Shown here: positions 10,256-19,714 of the stretch, one piece after another
Layout of the letters: every line of letters begins with the position of its first letter
Numbering within the stretch: position 1 is the stretch's first letter
Source of the DNA: a virus
Taxonomy: Duplodnaviria > Caudoviricetes
Virus record (IMG/VR): IMGVR_UViG_3300029319_000333
Location: 1 to 29,417 of that record
Length of the DNA: 29,417 bases
Reading direction: 5' to 3' (one strand)
Made by a program: the position numbers and the translations under genes
The notes under the pieces: generated by a model
The model's database searches: none
What the model saw: the letters and a program-made list of their open reading frames with translations, nothing else
What the model was told of the DNA's origin: nothing

Positions 10256-10618
10256 CTAAACTCGTACACAAGCTACGTAAAGCTCACCTGTTCCGGATGC
10301 GCTTGACGCTTGAAGTTTTCCGCCCTTGCGCACCTCGTAGTACGCGTCATCAATTTCATCGGCTCGCCCGATGTCTTTATCCCCAGATGCGGCAGCCGTG
10401 GTGGCAATTGTGTTTGTTCCATCAGTTAACGTCACAACGCCACAAGCACCGCCGGTAGCATTGCACCACATGTCAACCACTCGAACGCTAAAGTCCAAGT
10501 TGTCCACAACGCTTTGCGTTGATGTTGTTACCGATAGGCACAAAACAAATTGCGGCGTACCCAAGGTGTTGCCTTTACGGGAAAGGGCTCGACCTGAAAT
10601 ACCTCGTCTATCTGCCAT
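10256..10618 (-). CDS. Putative capsid decoration protein
   Basis: Start re-called to ATG 10618 (MADRR) after GGAGGAG; 120 aa; directly after the major capsid gene. Confidence 0.6.
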   Translation of the reverse strand: MADRRGISGRALSRKGNTLGTPQFVLCLSVTTSTQSVVDNLDFSVRVVDMWCNATGGACGVVTLTDGTNTIATTAAASGDKDIGRADEIDDAYYEVRKGGKLQASSASGTGELYVACVRV

Positions 10619-10632
10619 AATGACTCTCCTCC

Positions 10633-10666
10633 AAACCAACCAGAAGCGGGGCCGGAGCCCCCCTCC
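10633..10666 (-). terminator. Hairpin/leaky terminator after the major capsid gene
   Basis: GGAGGGGGGC-TCCG-GCCCCGCTTC (cUNCGg tetraloop) followed by an interrupted U-tract TGGTTGGTTT. Confidence 0.55.
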
Positions 10667-10675
10667 ACAGATTCA

Positions 10676-11914
10676 TTAATATGCGATGTTTCGGCTTTCG
10701 TTGAGGTCCTCAATTTTACCGCTTGTAAAACGCTCTTTAATGTACAGCTCTGCAATTTCGATTGCAGTAGCAGTGTACACACCGGATACGTCAGACCGCT
10801 TGAAAATGCTGCCACCCTCGCGACGCCAGCCAAGCTGCTTCTGAACTGCTCGATAAATCTTTGAGAAGTCACAGAAGAACATCTTGTTGTGCAAGCAATC
10901 GGTGTCAACGATGATATCAATTCGCCCAAGGGCTGACTGAAACGCTGCAACCGAAAGACCACCTACGTTGGTGTCGGGTGTAAGCCGAAGCTCACCTTCG
11001 TACAGCTCTTCAACGTTAATCGCCTGCCAAGAGTCACAAAGAACGGAAAGCCCATCAGCAGGTCGCTCTGAACCAGACCGGGTCTGAATTCCAGCAAGCA
11101 TTGAGCGGAACAAAGACGGAGTAAGATCTCTCTTTGTGCCGCTGTTGCTTAGGACCGTAGAGGTGTAACGAGGGAAGTTAGCCATCGTTACGCCCTGAAA
11201 AGTTCCGCTCAAAGAGTCATCAATAAGCTTGTCTAGCCCGGTGATTGCTCGGTTCTTGGTGCCGTTCCAAACAAGAACATCACTGCTGGCTGTAGTGGCG
11301 GGTAATCCGCCAGCGTTGCTCAGATTAATCAGAGAATCGCCGCTTGTATGAAGAGCGCTCTCAACATTGCTAATCTGAATGTCGCCGTCTTTGGTGCTAA
11401 GGTCAGCGGGGAATACGTTGTAAGTACCGCCGTCCCAGATCAAGCGAGCATCATCAACCCGAACGTCAGACGTAGTGCCACTTGACTGACCATCAGTCAA
11501 AGTTGCCACGGTGCCTGAACCGTCACGGAAGAAGAAGCCGTTTTCAAATTTAAGAATGTTGTTCATAAGGCCTTTGACCTCAGAGGTAACAACATCTCGC
11601 GCTACGTTTGGTGACTTTGCCGCAGTAGCCATAGCACCGTCAGTAATCTGAACAGAGCCAACGGTGAACTTACGGTAAGCCTTGTACGGAGTGTAGTCTT
11701 GCTTATCCGCTACAGGAAAAGCTCCACCGTCCTCAACATAACCAATAGCAGTGCTACGTGCGGTGTGGATACGACCCTCGATGTGAGAACCAGTCCACTT
11801 GTCCTGCTGGCGAACCAGCGATCGTGCTTTTGATGTGTGATTTAAAGTCTCAACAACACCGTCTAGAAAACGGGTGAAGGTGAGGCCTACGTTGTCAATA
11901 TTTACGCCCGCCAT
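10676..11914 (-). CDS. Major capsid protein (HK97 fold)
   Basis: 412 aa after scaffold; GYVEDGGAFP, GSVQITDGAM, FFRDGSG, AITGLDKLID motifs typical of this MCP class. Confidence 0.88.
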   Translation of the reverse strand: MAGVNIDNVGLTFTRFLDGVVETLNHTSKARSLVRQQDKWTGSHIEGRIHTARSTAIGYVEDGGAFPVADKQDYTPYKAYRKFTVGSVQITDGAMATAAKSPNVARDVVTSEVKGLMNNILKFENGFFFRDGSGTVATLTDGQSSGTTSDVRVDDARLIWDGGTYNVFPADLSTKDGDIQISNVESALHTSGDSLINLSNAGGLPATTASSDVLVWNGTKNRAITGLDKLIDDSLSGTFQGVTMANFPRYTSTVLSNSGTKRDLTPSLFRSMLAGIQTRSGSERPADGLSVLCDSWQAINVEELYEGELRLTPDTNVGGLSVAAFQSALGRIDIIVDTDCLHNKMFFCDFSKIYRAVQKQLGWRREGGSIFKRSDVSGVYTATAIEIAELYIKERFTSGKIEDLNESRNIAY

Positions 11915-11925
11915 AACCGAACTCC

Positions 11926-12936
11926 TTATGAGACTGGTGGCTCGTTTGCCGCAATCCAGTCTACGTGAGAATCAAAACCTGCCTTGCGCAACTGAGACAG
12001 AGTGGGCATTCCCATCCCCTCTCGTGCCTGCCTGCGCCCCGCAGGTGCTGGCCTTGGAACTGCTCGACTCTTACGCACCCTTTTACCCTCACCATTTGAC
12101 CGAGTCTTAAGACGAGCCAAGTGGTAATTGTCCATGTACGCCTTGAGCTTTCCAGCAGCTTCCTTTGGCTCAATTCCAAATGCACCTGCATATGCTAAAA
12201 TCATCTCGTCAGCTTCCGCTGCCAGACGACTTGCGTCTTCCTCAGCAAAACCATTTAGAAGAGTCTGGCTTCTGGCCTGCTCGGTCTGCTGGGTGTAATA
12301 CGCGTAGCGTGCATTACGGTCAGCTTCCTGACGAGCCTTCTCCCTGGCCTGCTTCTCTTTGTTCAACTCTTGCTGCAAAGCGGTAACCTGTTGGCTAACT
12401 GCTTGGCTGCTTTGCGCTCCCGCCTCTCTGAGGATGTCACGCTTGAGCTGCTCCATAGGAGTCAGGCTGTCATACTCTTCTTTCTGCCTCTGCTGCTGAA
12501 GCGCCTGCAACTGTTGTTGTTGCAGTTGTAACTGCTGAGACAGCGCATCCTGATTACCCCTTTGACTGGCCTGCTGCTGCATCTGATACTGCATCTGGGC
12601 CAGCTGCTGCTGGTAATACTGCTGCGTTTGTCCAAGCTGTTCCTCCAGCTCTTTCGTGCGGCTTGATAGGGTCTGAATTCTCTTTTGCGCCCTAGGCGTT
12701 GGCTCGTCTGGTTCTTCAGACTCACCCTCAAGAGACAGACTATCAATCCCACGATCTACATATTCGGGCTCCTCTGGCTCCGCGTCTTCTGAGTAGCCCG
12801 ACTCTTGGCCAAGCTCATCACTCAAGCCCTGAAAGCCTGAGTAATCTTCCAGCGCAGAATCATCTACCGCACCTTCAAGTGGCAACCCTTCGTTATCTGA
12901 AGCATCACCAACGTCACCCATCGACACATCTGCCAT
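11926..12936 (-). CDS. Capsid scaffolding protein
   Basis: 336 aa; very acidic N-terminus, RAQKRIQTL motif, Q-rich coiled coil, basic C-terminus; between portal and MCP. Confidence 0.8.
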   Translation of the reverse strand: MADVSMGDVGDASDNEGLPLEGAVDDSALEDYSGFQGLSDELGQESGYSEDAEPEEPEYVDRGIDSLSLEGESEEPDEPTPRAQKRIQTLSSRTKELEEQLGQTQQYYQQQLAQMQYQMQQQASQRGNQDALSQQLQLQQQQLQALQQQRQKEEYDSLTPMEQLKRDILREAGAQSSQAVSQQVTALQQELNKEKQAREKARQEADRNARYAYYTQQTEQARSQTLLNGFAEEDASRLAAEADEMILAYAGAFGIEPKEAAGKLKAYMDNYHLARLKTRSNGEGKRVRKSRAVPRPAPAGRRQAREGMGMPTLSQLRKAGFDSHVDWIAANEPPVS

Positions 12937-12949
12937 TTCAATCCCTCCA

Positions 12950-13008
12950 GCGAATTACGTCCGCAAAACGATTACAGGTGCATTCTCCGGTTACAGCGAT
13001 TACGTCGC
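12950..13008 (-). promoter_or_regulatory. Twin hairpins with identical CGUAA loops in the scaffold 5' UTR
   Basis: GCGA-CGTAA-TCGC (13008-12996) and GCGGA-CGTAA-TTCGC (12964-12950); the second abuts the GGAGG RBS. Confidence 0.55.
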
Positions 13009-13034
13009 GACTCGATACCTTCGACTGCAATGCA

Positions 13035-13063
13035 ATTAAACAACTGGAGACAGGTTGTGTCAA
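13035..13063 (-). promoter_or_regulatory. sigma70-type promoter for scaffold/capsid genes
   Basis: TTGACA-N17-TTTAAT; the spacer CAACCTGTCTCCAGTTG is itself an imperfect palindrome. Confidence 0.7.
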
Positions 13064-13151
13064 CAAACGTTTCACGTTGAGCAATCATGTAAACAAATGG
13101 ATACACGCTCGTGAGACAAATACCCTGAGGATATACGTCCCCCTGTTGAGC

Positions 13152-13187
13152 TGCGAATTCTGCGAATCCTGCGGTTTTTGCGATTCT
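13152..13187. repeat. 4 x 9-bp degenerate tandem repeat
   Basis: TGCGAATTC TGCGAATCC TGCGGTTTT TGCGATTCT. Confidence 0.6.
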
Positions 13188-13227
13188 GGTCCTAGAAAGT
13201 AGAACCAAAGTTGTTTTTATAGAGGAG

Positions 13228-15519
13228 TTAACCCTCTCGGTTCTGCTGAACCCTGGCTACGCCCTCGGCTGCCCGGTCGGCTTGACCAACCTGAGCCCCG
13301 GCGTCACTTGAAATGTCTCCACCTGGAGCCATGTCAGTCCCAAGTCTGCCTGGGTTGTTTGGCGTTCCGCCCATGTTTGTCTGGTCCGGTCCGCCGGGCA
13401 TTCCACTAACCGGAGCTGGGGGTTGGCCCTGCATCGCCCAGCCAACGTAGAACATCCACACCTGCCGACACTGGTCTCGCACGGCTGGGTCCGCCCGTCT
13501 GCCAGGACCGCGAAGCCACCCGAGAAGCTCCTCCGCAAAAATCATGGGGTCATCTTCTACTGATGGGACAAATGGCTGACCTTGCTCGATAAGGTATGGA
13601 ATCTTTGCAGCCACAGCCCGCTCGCTCGCCTCGTCATCGTAACCTGCGTGGGGAACTTTAACCTTGGCGTGACGCATAAACGCCTTGATGTCGGGAGCGC
13701 CTGTTTGTTGATCCATAAACACACCAGCATTCATAAGGTCCAAAGCCTGCGTTAGACGAACAGCCGGGTTTCGACTCAGCCCGTCCTCCTGCTCAATCTG
13801 AATATCGTAGCCTGGCTCAAGCCTAATCTCATCGAACGAGTAGGTCTGCATCCCATCTGCGCCTGCCGTCAGAAACTTGCGCTCTGGATGGTAGTACATC
13901 TGGACCAGCATCAAGATACATCGGTGCATCTCACGCCATTCGCTGTTGTTGCGCATGAGAATTGGACCTACTTGTTGGTCTGATTCGGCCTCAATAATAG
14001 CCATCGCTCGACCATTAGGGTCGGACATTGAGATGCCTGCCTCCTGGTCAGTAACCGCAGCCTGCATTCGAATGTCAGCTGCAAGCTGTGCATTCCGTCT
14101 AAATATATCTGCGGGCACTGGTGGCGGACTCTCAAAGTAGTTGCGACCCGCAGCCGCGTTGTAACTCACGACCTGAGCGGATGTGGCCGACAACTCATCA
14201 GTTGTAATGCGAGAGCCAATGGCTTTGAAGAACTTCGGGCGAAGAAGAAGCTCAACGTGCTCGCGTATCTGCGTTTCAATCTGATTGATTTCTCGCTGTC
14301 GATGCCAAGCTTGCGCCGCAAATGGCTCCCGCCAGAACTCCCCGTCGTTCTTGTCGAACCCAAAGTGGTAAAACGGAAACCGCCGAAACGCGCCGTACGG
14401 TGACTCCATGACCTTCACCACGTACTCGTTAACCATGTAGATTACTCTGCCCTTGCGATGCATGGGCGTTGGCGCTTCATGGTACTCGTAGACGTAGCAG
14501 TGATCGTCTAGCTCTTCGATTGTCCCGTAGCTATCAACCTGGTTGTATCTAAGCTGAGCTGTCCTATCGACCATAACGCCGTAGTCGCTGGAGATAATGT
14601 TTCCAAACTCAGGGAACCTTTGACGCGCTGTGGCAACAGGGACAACCTCTCGAAAGCAGATCATCTGAGCCTGCTCTAAAGACTCTGCTCCTGGTTCAAT
14701 GAAAATATCCCTAGGGTCTCGCACGTAAACCTTTACGTCCCCCTCATTTGCCTCAACAAGTGTCGGCACCTCTTGCTGAAGGGGCAAGGGCCCAAGCTGT
14801 TCGACGTCGGGTGGGGAGTCTGGCGCCTCCGGCAGCATGCCTGTCTGGGCAAGCTCTTGCTGGGCCCCTGCAATCTCAGCTTGCATCTTCTGCTGATACA
14901 GCATCATCTCCTGCTGCTTCTGCATTGCACACTGAGGGCACTCTTCGCCAAGCAAGTCGTCACCGTAGTCGTAGAAGTCACACACCTCACAGAACGAGAT
15001 GTCTGCTCCGGCGGAGCTATCCCAGCAAACCTGCATAAATGCGTTGCCAGCCCACGGTAACTTGTTGTTTACGTCCAGGTATTTGACGTCCAGGTCTTCC
15101 TTTCTCCTAACATACTGAAGAAAGGCGCTAGCTGCGCGTGCCGCATGCTGCTCCTCAACATCCGTTGTCGCAGGAAGCACGGTACAAGTAGGCACACTCC
15201 GCGTTAGTTTACCGACCAGGGACCTTGCCGTTGGGCGCAACACGTTGTTTACACTGCGCAATCTTTTTGAGTCTTCCGCAGTTAGCCTTACAACTTCCCC
15301 CGTGTCTTTGTGCCTGACGACAAGCTGGTCGCCCTTTAGATACAGGCGGTATAATTCCCAGTCTCGGTCGTATGCGGTCCTTGCCTCGTATGCTTTTGCA
15401 AACCACTCTTTCAGGTTTGCTCCTAGCTTTTTTAGCTCTTCAGGCTCGCTGTATTGGTCTGGTGGCGTGTATCCATCAGCAATCCCGGCAAAGTCCTGGC
15501 TTTCACCGTTCTGAGGCAT
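13228..15519 (-). CDS. Portal protein (P22-like) with Zn-ribbon/Q-rich insertion
   Basis: 763 aa; NNVLRPTARSLVGKL, VRDPRDIFIEPGA, QREINQIETQI, SDPNGRAMAIIEAE; P/G/Q-rich tail; between TerL and scaffold. Confidence 0.9.
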   Translation of the reverse strand: MPQNGESQDFAGIADGYTPPDQYSEPEELKKLGANLKEWFAKAYEARTAYDRDWELYRLYLKGDQLVVRHKDTGEVVRLTAEDSKRLRSVNNVLRPTARSLVGKLTRSVPTCTVLPATTDVEEQHAARAASAFLQYVRRKEDLDVKYLDVNNKLPWAGNAFMQVCWDSSAGADISFCEVCDFYDYGDDLLGEECPQCAMQKQQEMMLYQQKMQAEIAGAQQELAQTGMLPEAPDSPPDVEQLGPLPLQQEVPTLVEANEGDVKVYVRDPRDIFIEPGAESLEQAQMICFREVVPVATARQRFPEFGNIISSDYGVMVDRTAQLRYNQVDSYGTIEELDDHCYVYEYHEAPTPMHRKGRVIYMVNEYVVKVMESPYGAFRRFPFYHFGFDKNDGEFWREPFAAQAWHRQREINQIETQIREHVELLLRPKFFKAIGSRITTDELSATSAQVVSYNAAAGRNYFESPPPVPADIFRRNAQLAADIRMQAAVTDQEAGISMSDPNGRAMAIIEAESDQQVGPILMRNNSEWREMHRCILMLVQMYYHPERKFLTAGADGMQTYSFDEIRLEPGYDIQIEQEDGLSRNPAVRLTQALDLMNAGVFMDQQTGAPDIKAFMRHAKVKVPHAGYDDEASERAVAAKIPYLIEQGQPFVPSVEDDPMIFAEELLGWLRGPGRRADPAVRDQCRQVWMFYVGWAMQGQPPAPVSGMPGGPDQTNMGGTPNNPGRLGTDMAPGGDISSDAGAQVGQADRAAEGVARVQQNREG

Positions 15520-15836
15520 CAGTATTCTCCGCTATCGTTTGTTTTCATGTTCTTTTTGGAGAACGTCTCTGAGCCCCTCGACTTGGCAGCGGCTCTCTGC
15601 ATAAGCATCTTGTGAATCATCTTCTGGTACGACATCATGTCGCCACCATCAGGCGCCATCTGTGGGGCCTCCTCCTCAAACACCTGCCCCGATGGCATAA
15701 ACTGAGGGTCGTTTGGAAACATGTCCCCATCAACAACAGGGTTTCCGACAGACTCATACATGTCCTCTGGCTCTAGCGGCCCATAGTCGTCCATTGAGTC
15801 ATAGCCGGTCATCTGTCCTATTGAATTCTTGGGCAT
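15519..15836 (-). CDS. Hypothetical acidic, Met/Pro-rich protein
   Basis: 105 aa; AGGAG RBS; stop overlaps portal ATG (TGATG). Confidence 0.7.
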   Translation of the reverse strand: MPKNSIGQMTGYDSMDDYGPLEPEDMYESVGNPVVDGDMFPNDPQFMPSGQVFEEEAPQMAPDGGDMMSYQKMIHKMLMQRAAAKSRGSETFSKKNMKTNDSGEY

Positions 15837-15854
15837 GTCTAACTCCTGCTAAAT

Positions 15855-17489
15855 TTAGGGACGGTACGGAACGCCAGCGATAGGCCGCTCTGGGAACAGG
15901 TTCCCAGGGCTCGTCATGTTGTACCGATATCTAACCCCTGGTGGCTTTGGATTAAGCATTTTGTCTGCTTCTGACCGTGGGTCATAGGCTAGCTCATACT
16001 GCCTTCTTAGCTCAGTCACGTAATCACTTATGTCTAGCGGCGGAAGCTGGAGAACTGGCCGTTGCCCTGGAAAGGTCTCCGGGGCTAAGGACTCTGCCGT
16101 AGCGGGGGCTGGTCCTGCAAGCTCTGTTGGTGGCCCCATTGGCAAAGAGCCTGGGTTTTCGGTGATATACTTCATCACTTTTGTCCAGTTGTTGAGCTTG
16201 TTGCCCTCTTTCGCAGACGCGGGCAAGCTGTTGTACCAGCTGTTATAGTCCCCCATGTCGTTGAAGAGAGCCATTACCTGGTTCTGCATTCGGCTTGCTG
16301 GCTTACCTCTTTTCGCTGTGCCGCCAGGCTGTGCCGGTTGGTCTACCTGAGCACTCATGTCCATCCCAGCACCAGGTCCCATTCGAGGAAATGCGGGAGC
16401 GCCTGTATCAACTCCAAGGTAGTCAGGCTGGAACATGCCCTCAATCATCCTGTTGAGACGGGCTCTCTGGTAATCAACGCCCCCAAAAGACTCACCCATT
16501 GAGTCCACTGAAGGTGTAGGCAAAGGTGCGGCGGTTGGTCCGCTCATCATTGCATCCTGTGGCACATATGCCTCTGCCATCGGGTCACCCGCTGGTCCCC
16601 CGACGGAACTCATCATCGCGCCTTGAGGAATAGATGGCCCCGCCATGGTGCCGGCCATAAGCTCCTGGTTCAAGTCCACCGGACCTGGGCCAGACGGTGC
16701 ACCCATCATCGCCGACAACCCAGATCGAAGCTGCTGGTCCTGCCTTCCGGGAATAGCCTCCAGCGGCAGCTGCCCAAGGGCGGCTGGGCCTTGTTCATAC
16801 TTTTGAGGGTTGGCCATCATGTCAGCGATGCGCATTCTTTCGCCCTCGCCGTACTGCATGGGGAAGGAGTCATCAGGGCTTCCGGATGCCGCTAACGTTT
16901 GGTCCAGGTCTCGCCCCAGGTCTACCATCGGCGGCACGGGTGGTCGGTCAAAGTCAAACTCAAAAGTCCCCGGTGGCGGACCCCCAAACTGCAACACCTC
17001 AGGGCCCGGAGGCGGCTCTTCGTATCTCTGTGGGTTTGCCACCATGTCCGCAATCCGCATGCGCTCACCCTCGCGGTATTGCATGGGGAAGGAGTCGTCT
17101 GGGCTCCCGGAACCAGCAAGGGTGTTTGCAAGGTCCTGACCTAGGTCTACTCTCTGAGGGACTGGATCTCTAAAGCCCCGAATCTCCATGCCTCCAAAAG
17201 CAGGCGCCTGGCCCCCAATAGTTGGCTGCCCTAAAGAGACAGCGGGCTGCTCGTATTTCCCAGGATTAGCCATCATGTCGGCAATCCTCATCCGCTCAGC
17301 TTCTCCGTACTGCATGGGAAAAGAATCATCAGGGCTTCCAGACAATGCAAGCGTTTCAAGCAGTTCTCGCCGCAAGTCTACCGGGGGCCTAGCCATGGGG
17401 CCCATGGTGATTGGGCCGGTCTGAACCGATGGCTCACCAGGCCTCGGAAGTCTTCCAAAAAGAATGTCCCCGATATCCACTCTTGCCAT
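15855..17489 (-). CDS. P/G/M-rich protein with three 44-aa internal repeats
   Basis: 544 aa; AGGAGAG RBS; repeats conserved at protein level with synonymous changes. Confidence 0.8.
   Translation of the reverse strand: MARVDIGDILFGRLPRPGEPSVQTGPITMGPMARPPVDLRRELLETLALSGSPDDSFPMQYGEAERMRIADMMANPGKYEQPAVSLGQPTIGGQAPAFGGMEIRGFRDPVPQRVDLGQDLANTLAGSGSPDDSFPMQYREGERMRIADMVANPQRYEEPPPGPEVLQFGGPPPGTFEFDFDRPPVPPMVDLGRDLDQTLAASGSPDDSFPMQYGEGERMRIADMMANPQKYEQGPAALGQLPLEAIPGRQDQQLRSGLSAMMGAPSGPGPVDLNQELMAGTMAGPSIPQGAMMSSVGGPAGDPMAEAYVPQDAMMSGPTAAPLPTPSVDSMGESFGGVDYQRARLNRMIEGMFQPDYLGVDTGAPAFPRMGPGAGMDMSAQVDQPAQPGGTAKRGKPASRMQNQVMALFNDMGDYNSWYNSLPASAKEGNKLNNWTKVMKYITENPGSLPMGPPTELAGPAPATAESLAPETFPGQRPVLQLPPLDISDYVTELRRQYELAYDPRSEADKMLNPKPPGVRYRYNMTSPGNLFPERPIAGVPYRP
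16794..17381 (-). repeat. Three 132-bp coding repeats (17250-17381, 17019-17150, 16794-16925)
   Basis: VDLxx[DE]LxxTLAxSGSPDDSFPMQYxExERMRIADMxANPxxYE. Confidence 0.9.
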
Positions 17490-17498
17490 CTTGCTCTC

Positions 17499-17819
17499 CT
17501 AAACTAGCTCGTAGTCACGTAAGTCTATCGTGCGCCCGTCATCCGTGTGGACATATTTAGGCTCATCCGCCTGCTCTGCCTCATGACTCAGTGCGTCTTT
17601 CAGCATCTCTACCCGAACATCCGCCTCTTTTTCCATCGTCTTTGCATGCACGGCCTGCTCAACATTCTGAGCCTTGAGGTGAATCATCGCATTGTTGATT
17701 ACACCGGCATACTCCTTGTGAACTTCCTTCAGTAGGTTCTGAGTTCTGAACATAAAGAAAGCACTTAGAGCGCACATGGCCAAACCAATCCCCACCAATC
17801 CTGCTACCGCTGCCTCCAT
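17499..17819 (-). CDS. Small membrane-anchored coiled-coil protein
   Basis: Start re-called to ATG 17819 (MEAAVAGLVGIGLAMCALSAFFMF = TM helix) after GAGGG; 106 aa. Confidence 0.7.
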   Translation of the reverse strand: MEAAVAGLVGIGLAMCALSAFFMFRTQNLLKEVHKEYAGVINNAMIHLKAQNVEQAVHAKTMEKEADVRVEMLKDALSHEAEQADEPKYVHTDDGRTIDLRDYELV

Positions 17820-17826
17820 GCTGCCC

Positions 17827-19713
17827 TCACTGAAAGTCAAACGGGTCAACTGAATCGCTGTCCCTGATGTCCCGGTGGATTTTCTCCCACTCTGCATCGT
17901 ACTTGCCTTTAATATCCAGCAAGCCCTCTGGCTCAGAAGCTGTAAACTCAAGCACAGCCGATGATAACGCCACACTCGCTCCGATGACAAGACTCATCAC
18001 CCGGTCGTCATGAGCCCCGCTCACTCCTCGGTAGCGCGTGGTCAGACCAGACTTCGTGCGCTCCTGCTCAAACGCCACCATCTCGCTGATGGTCGCCTCG
18101 CACCAGATATCAATTGCTCGGTCGCTTACGAATTGCTGCAATGCGGCAACCATAAACGGCTTGGTTCGAATGTTTGTCTCCACGCCGTAGCGGCTATCCA
18201 TCGTGTGTCCAGCCTGGGCGTGATTGCTCTCGTCTCTGAAGAGGTTCCAGTAACAGTAGTCCTGGCGCATCTTCAGCATTACCGCCTCACCGTATCCGCC
18301 CGTAAGTTCGATGACGGTAAGTGCGGAATTGTACCACACTGCCAGCTTGAAGACTTCCTCCGCATACAGCAGCGGGTTAATCCAGCCGTGCCACTGTGCA
18401 ACGAGAGAGAGCCTTGGGGATATCTCACTTCCGCATACCTTGAGCACAGAGGCACAACTGGCATCCCGCCCGGCCAGGCCTTTAGCGGTATCGACTGAAA
18501 CGATGTACTTGCCACCGGCAACAGGCTCTTCCCAGATGCGAAGCGGGCCGTCGTCCTGCTCGTGGAAACCAAAGCGCGTGGTGTCCACGATGTTAACAGC
18601 CAGTGTGTCTTCCTCAACCCTCAAAACTCCACGTCCGGGGGAAGTGGACGATCGCCGAAGCTCGGCAAGAGCCTTCCGGTTAAAGACTGGGTTTTTGGCT
18701 AGTGGGGCAGGCCGCCCGTAGACACGACTCTCAACCTCGAACTCATCCATGATGCCCATCGACATCTTGATTCGTTCGTGCGGAACGAGGCCCGCTTCAA
18801 ACTGGTCAATCTCATGCAAAGAGACGAAGGGGGCGCTGCTTGGATCTTCGGGGGAGATCCTGTTCCTTGGCGGCCCCTCAAGGTGAATCTTTGTCAGACG
18901 CTGATGCTCCCAAGCCTCGTGACCATGGAGAGGAGTGCCGGTTACGAGCAGACAAGAAGAACGACCAGCAGTTTGGATACGCTGAACAGACTCGTTAAAG
19001 AACTCTTCGTCGATATGTTCATCGAAGTGGCCGAGGACATACGAGCCCCCCTGCAACACTTCCCATCCCTCGGTATCCGAGAAAAGCCGGATAGTGCTCT
19101 TTGGGTGCGGGCATGTAGCAGCTTTCCCCGCATTCGCACACTTGGGACACGCGATTTGAATTTCATGACGCCGCTCGTCATAGCGGTGCAACCATTTCCC
19201 TCCAGCTGGGAACATAGGGCTCAGCGGGTTCCCTTGCTCCCCGGTGAGAAATTTCTTCTCGAAAACAGCTGGGCAGTACTTGGAAAAGTTGACCCCGATG
19301 ATGAATGTAGAATGAGGGCCGGTGGGAAACTCCCGCCACTTGTGCTGTTCTGTAGTCACAAAGTAGTGCTCTGCATACCCCGATTGAGTCTTAGATGTCC
19401 GGTTCCCAGCTCTGAAGTAGCGAACGAACGCGTTCGATGAGTGAAACTCCAGCGCTGCCCTGTTGGCTGGCCGGTACAAGATCATGGGGTCAGCAGCCAC
19501 GATACGGTCGAAATTGTCGTACAAGCCACGAAAGCGCTTGGCCCAGTCCATGAGCCAGGGTGTGTCGTCTTTCTTTCTCTGGGGCCAATCTCGGACGCAC
19601 TGGGATACAAGCTCTGCGTACTGGAAGAAGTTCTCGACGGTGAGCTGACCGGGCTCTACGTCAGCCATCTTCAGAATCTGGTCTGCGCGGGCCAGTACCT
19701 CTCGGTCATCCAT
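17827..19713 (-). CDS. terL: Terminase large subunit
   Basis: Walker A YFRAGNRTSKT, Walker B GHFDEH, coupling motif VTGTP; RNase H-like nuclease VSVDTAKG...DAS, VIE, HDDRVMS. Confidence 0.95.
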   Translation of the reverse strand: MDDREVLARADQILKMADVEPGQLTVENFFQYAELVSQCVRDWPQRKKDDTPWLMDWAKRFRGLYDNFDRIVAADPMILYRPANRAALEFHSSNAFVRYFRAGNRTSKTQSGYAEHYFVTTEQHKWREFPTGPHSTFIIGVNFSKYCPAVFEKKFLTGEQGNPLSPMFPAGGKWLHRYDERRHEIQIACPKCANAGKAATCPHPKSTIRLFSDTEGWEVLQGGSYVLGHFDEHIDEEFFNESVQRIQTAGRSSCLLVTGTPLHGHEAWEHQRLTKIHLEGPPRNRISPEDPSSAPFVSLHEIDQFEAGLVPHERIKMSMGIMDEFEVESRVYGRPAPLAKNPVFNRKALAELRRSSTSPGRGVLRVEEDTLAVNIVDTTRFGFHEQDDGPLRIWEEPVAGGKYIVSVDTAKGLAGRDASCASVLKVCGSEISPRLSLVAQWHGWINPLLYAEEVFKLAVWYNSALTVIELTGGYGEAVMLKMRQDYCYWNLFRDESNHAQAGHTMDSRYGVETNIRTKPFMVAALQQFVSDRAIDIWCEATISEMVAFEQERTKSGLTTRYRGVSGAHDDRVMSLVIGASVALSSAVLEFTASEPEGLLDIKGKYDAEWEKIHRDIRDSDSVDPFDFQ

Positions 19714-19714
19714 G

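Noticed and set aside
16794-17381. Spaced repeats as a CRISPR array or DGR template/variable pair
   Set aside because: In-frame 132-bp coding repeats with mostly synonymous differences; no adenine-specific pattern noticed and no reverse transcriptase in the window
17499-17819. Holin or spanin
   Set aside because: Single TM helix only; no endolysin or lipobox partner in the window
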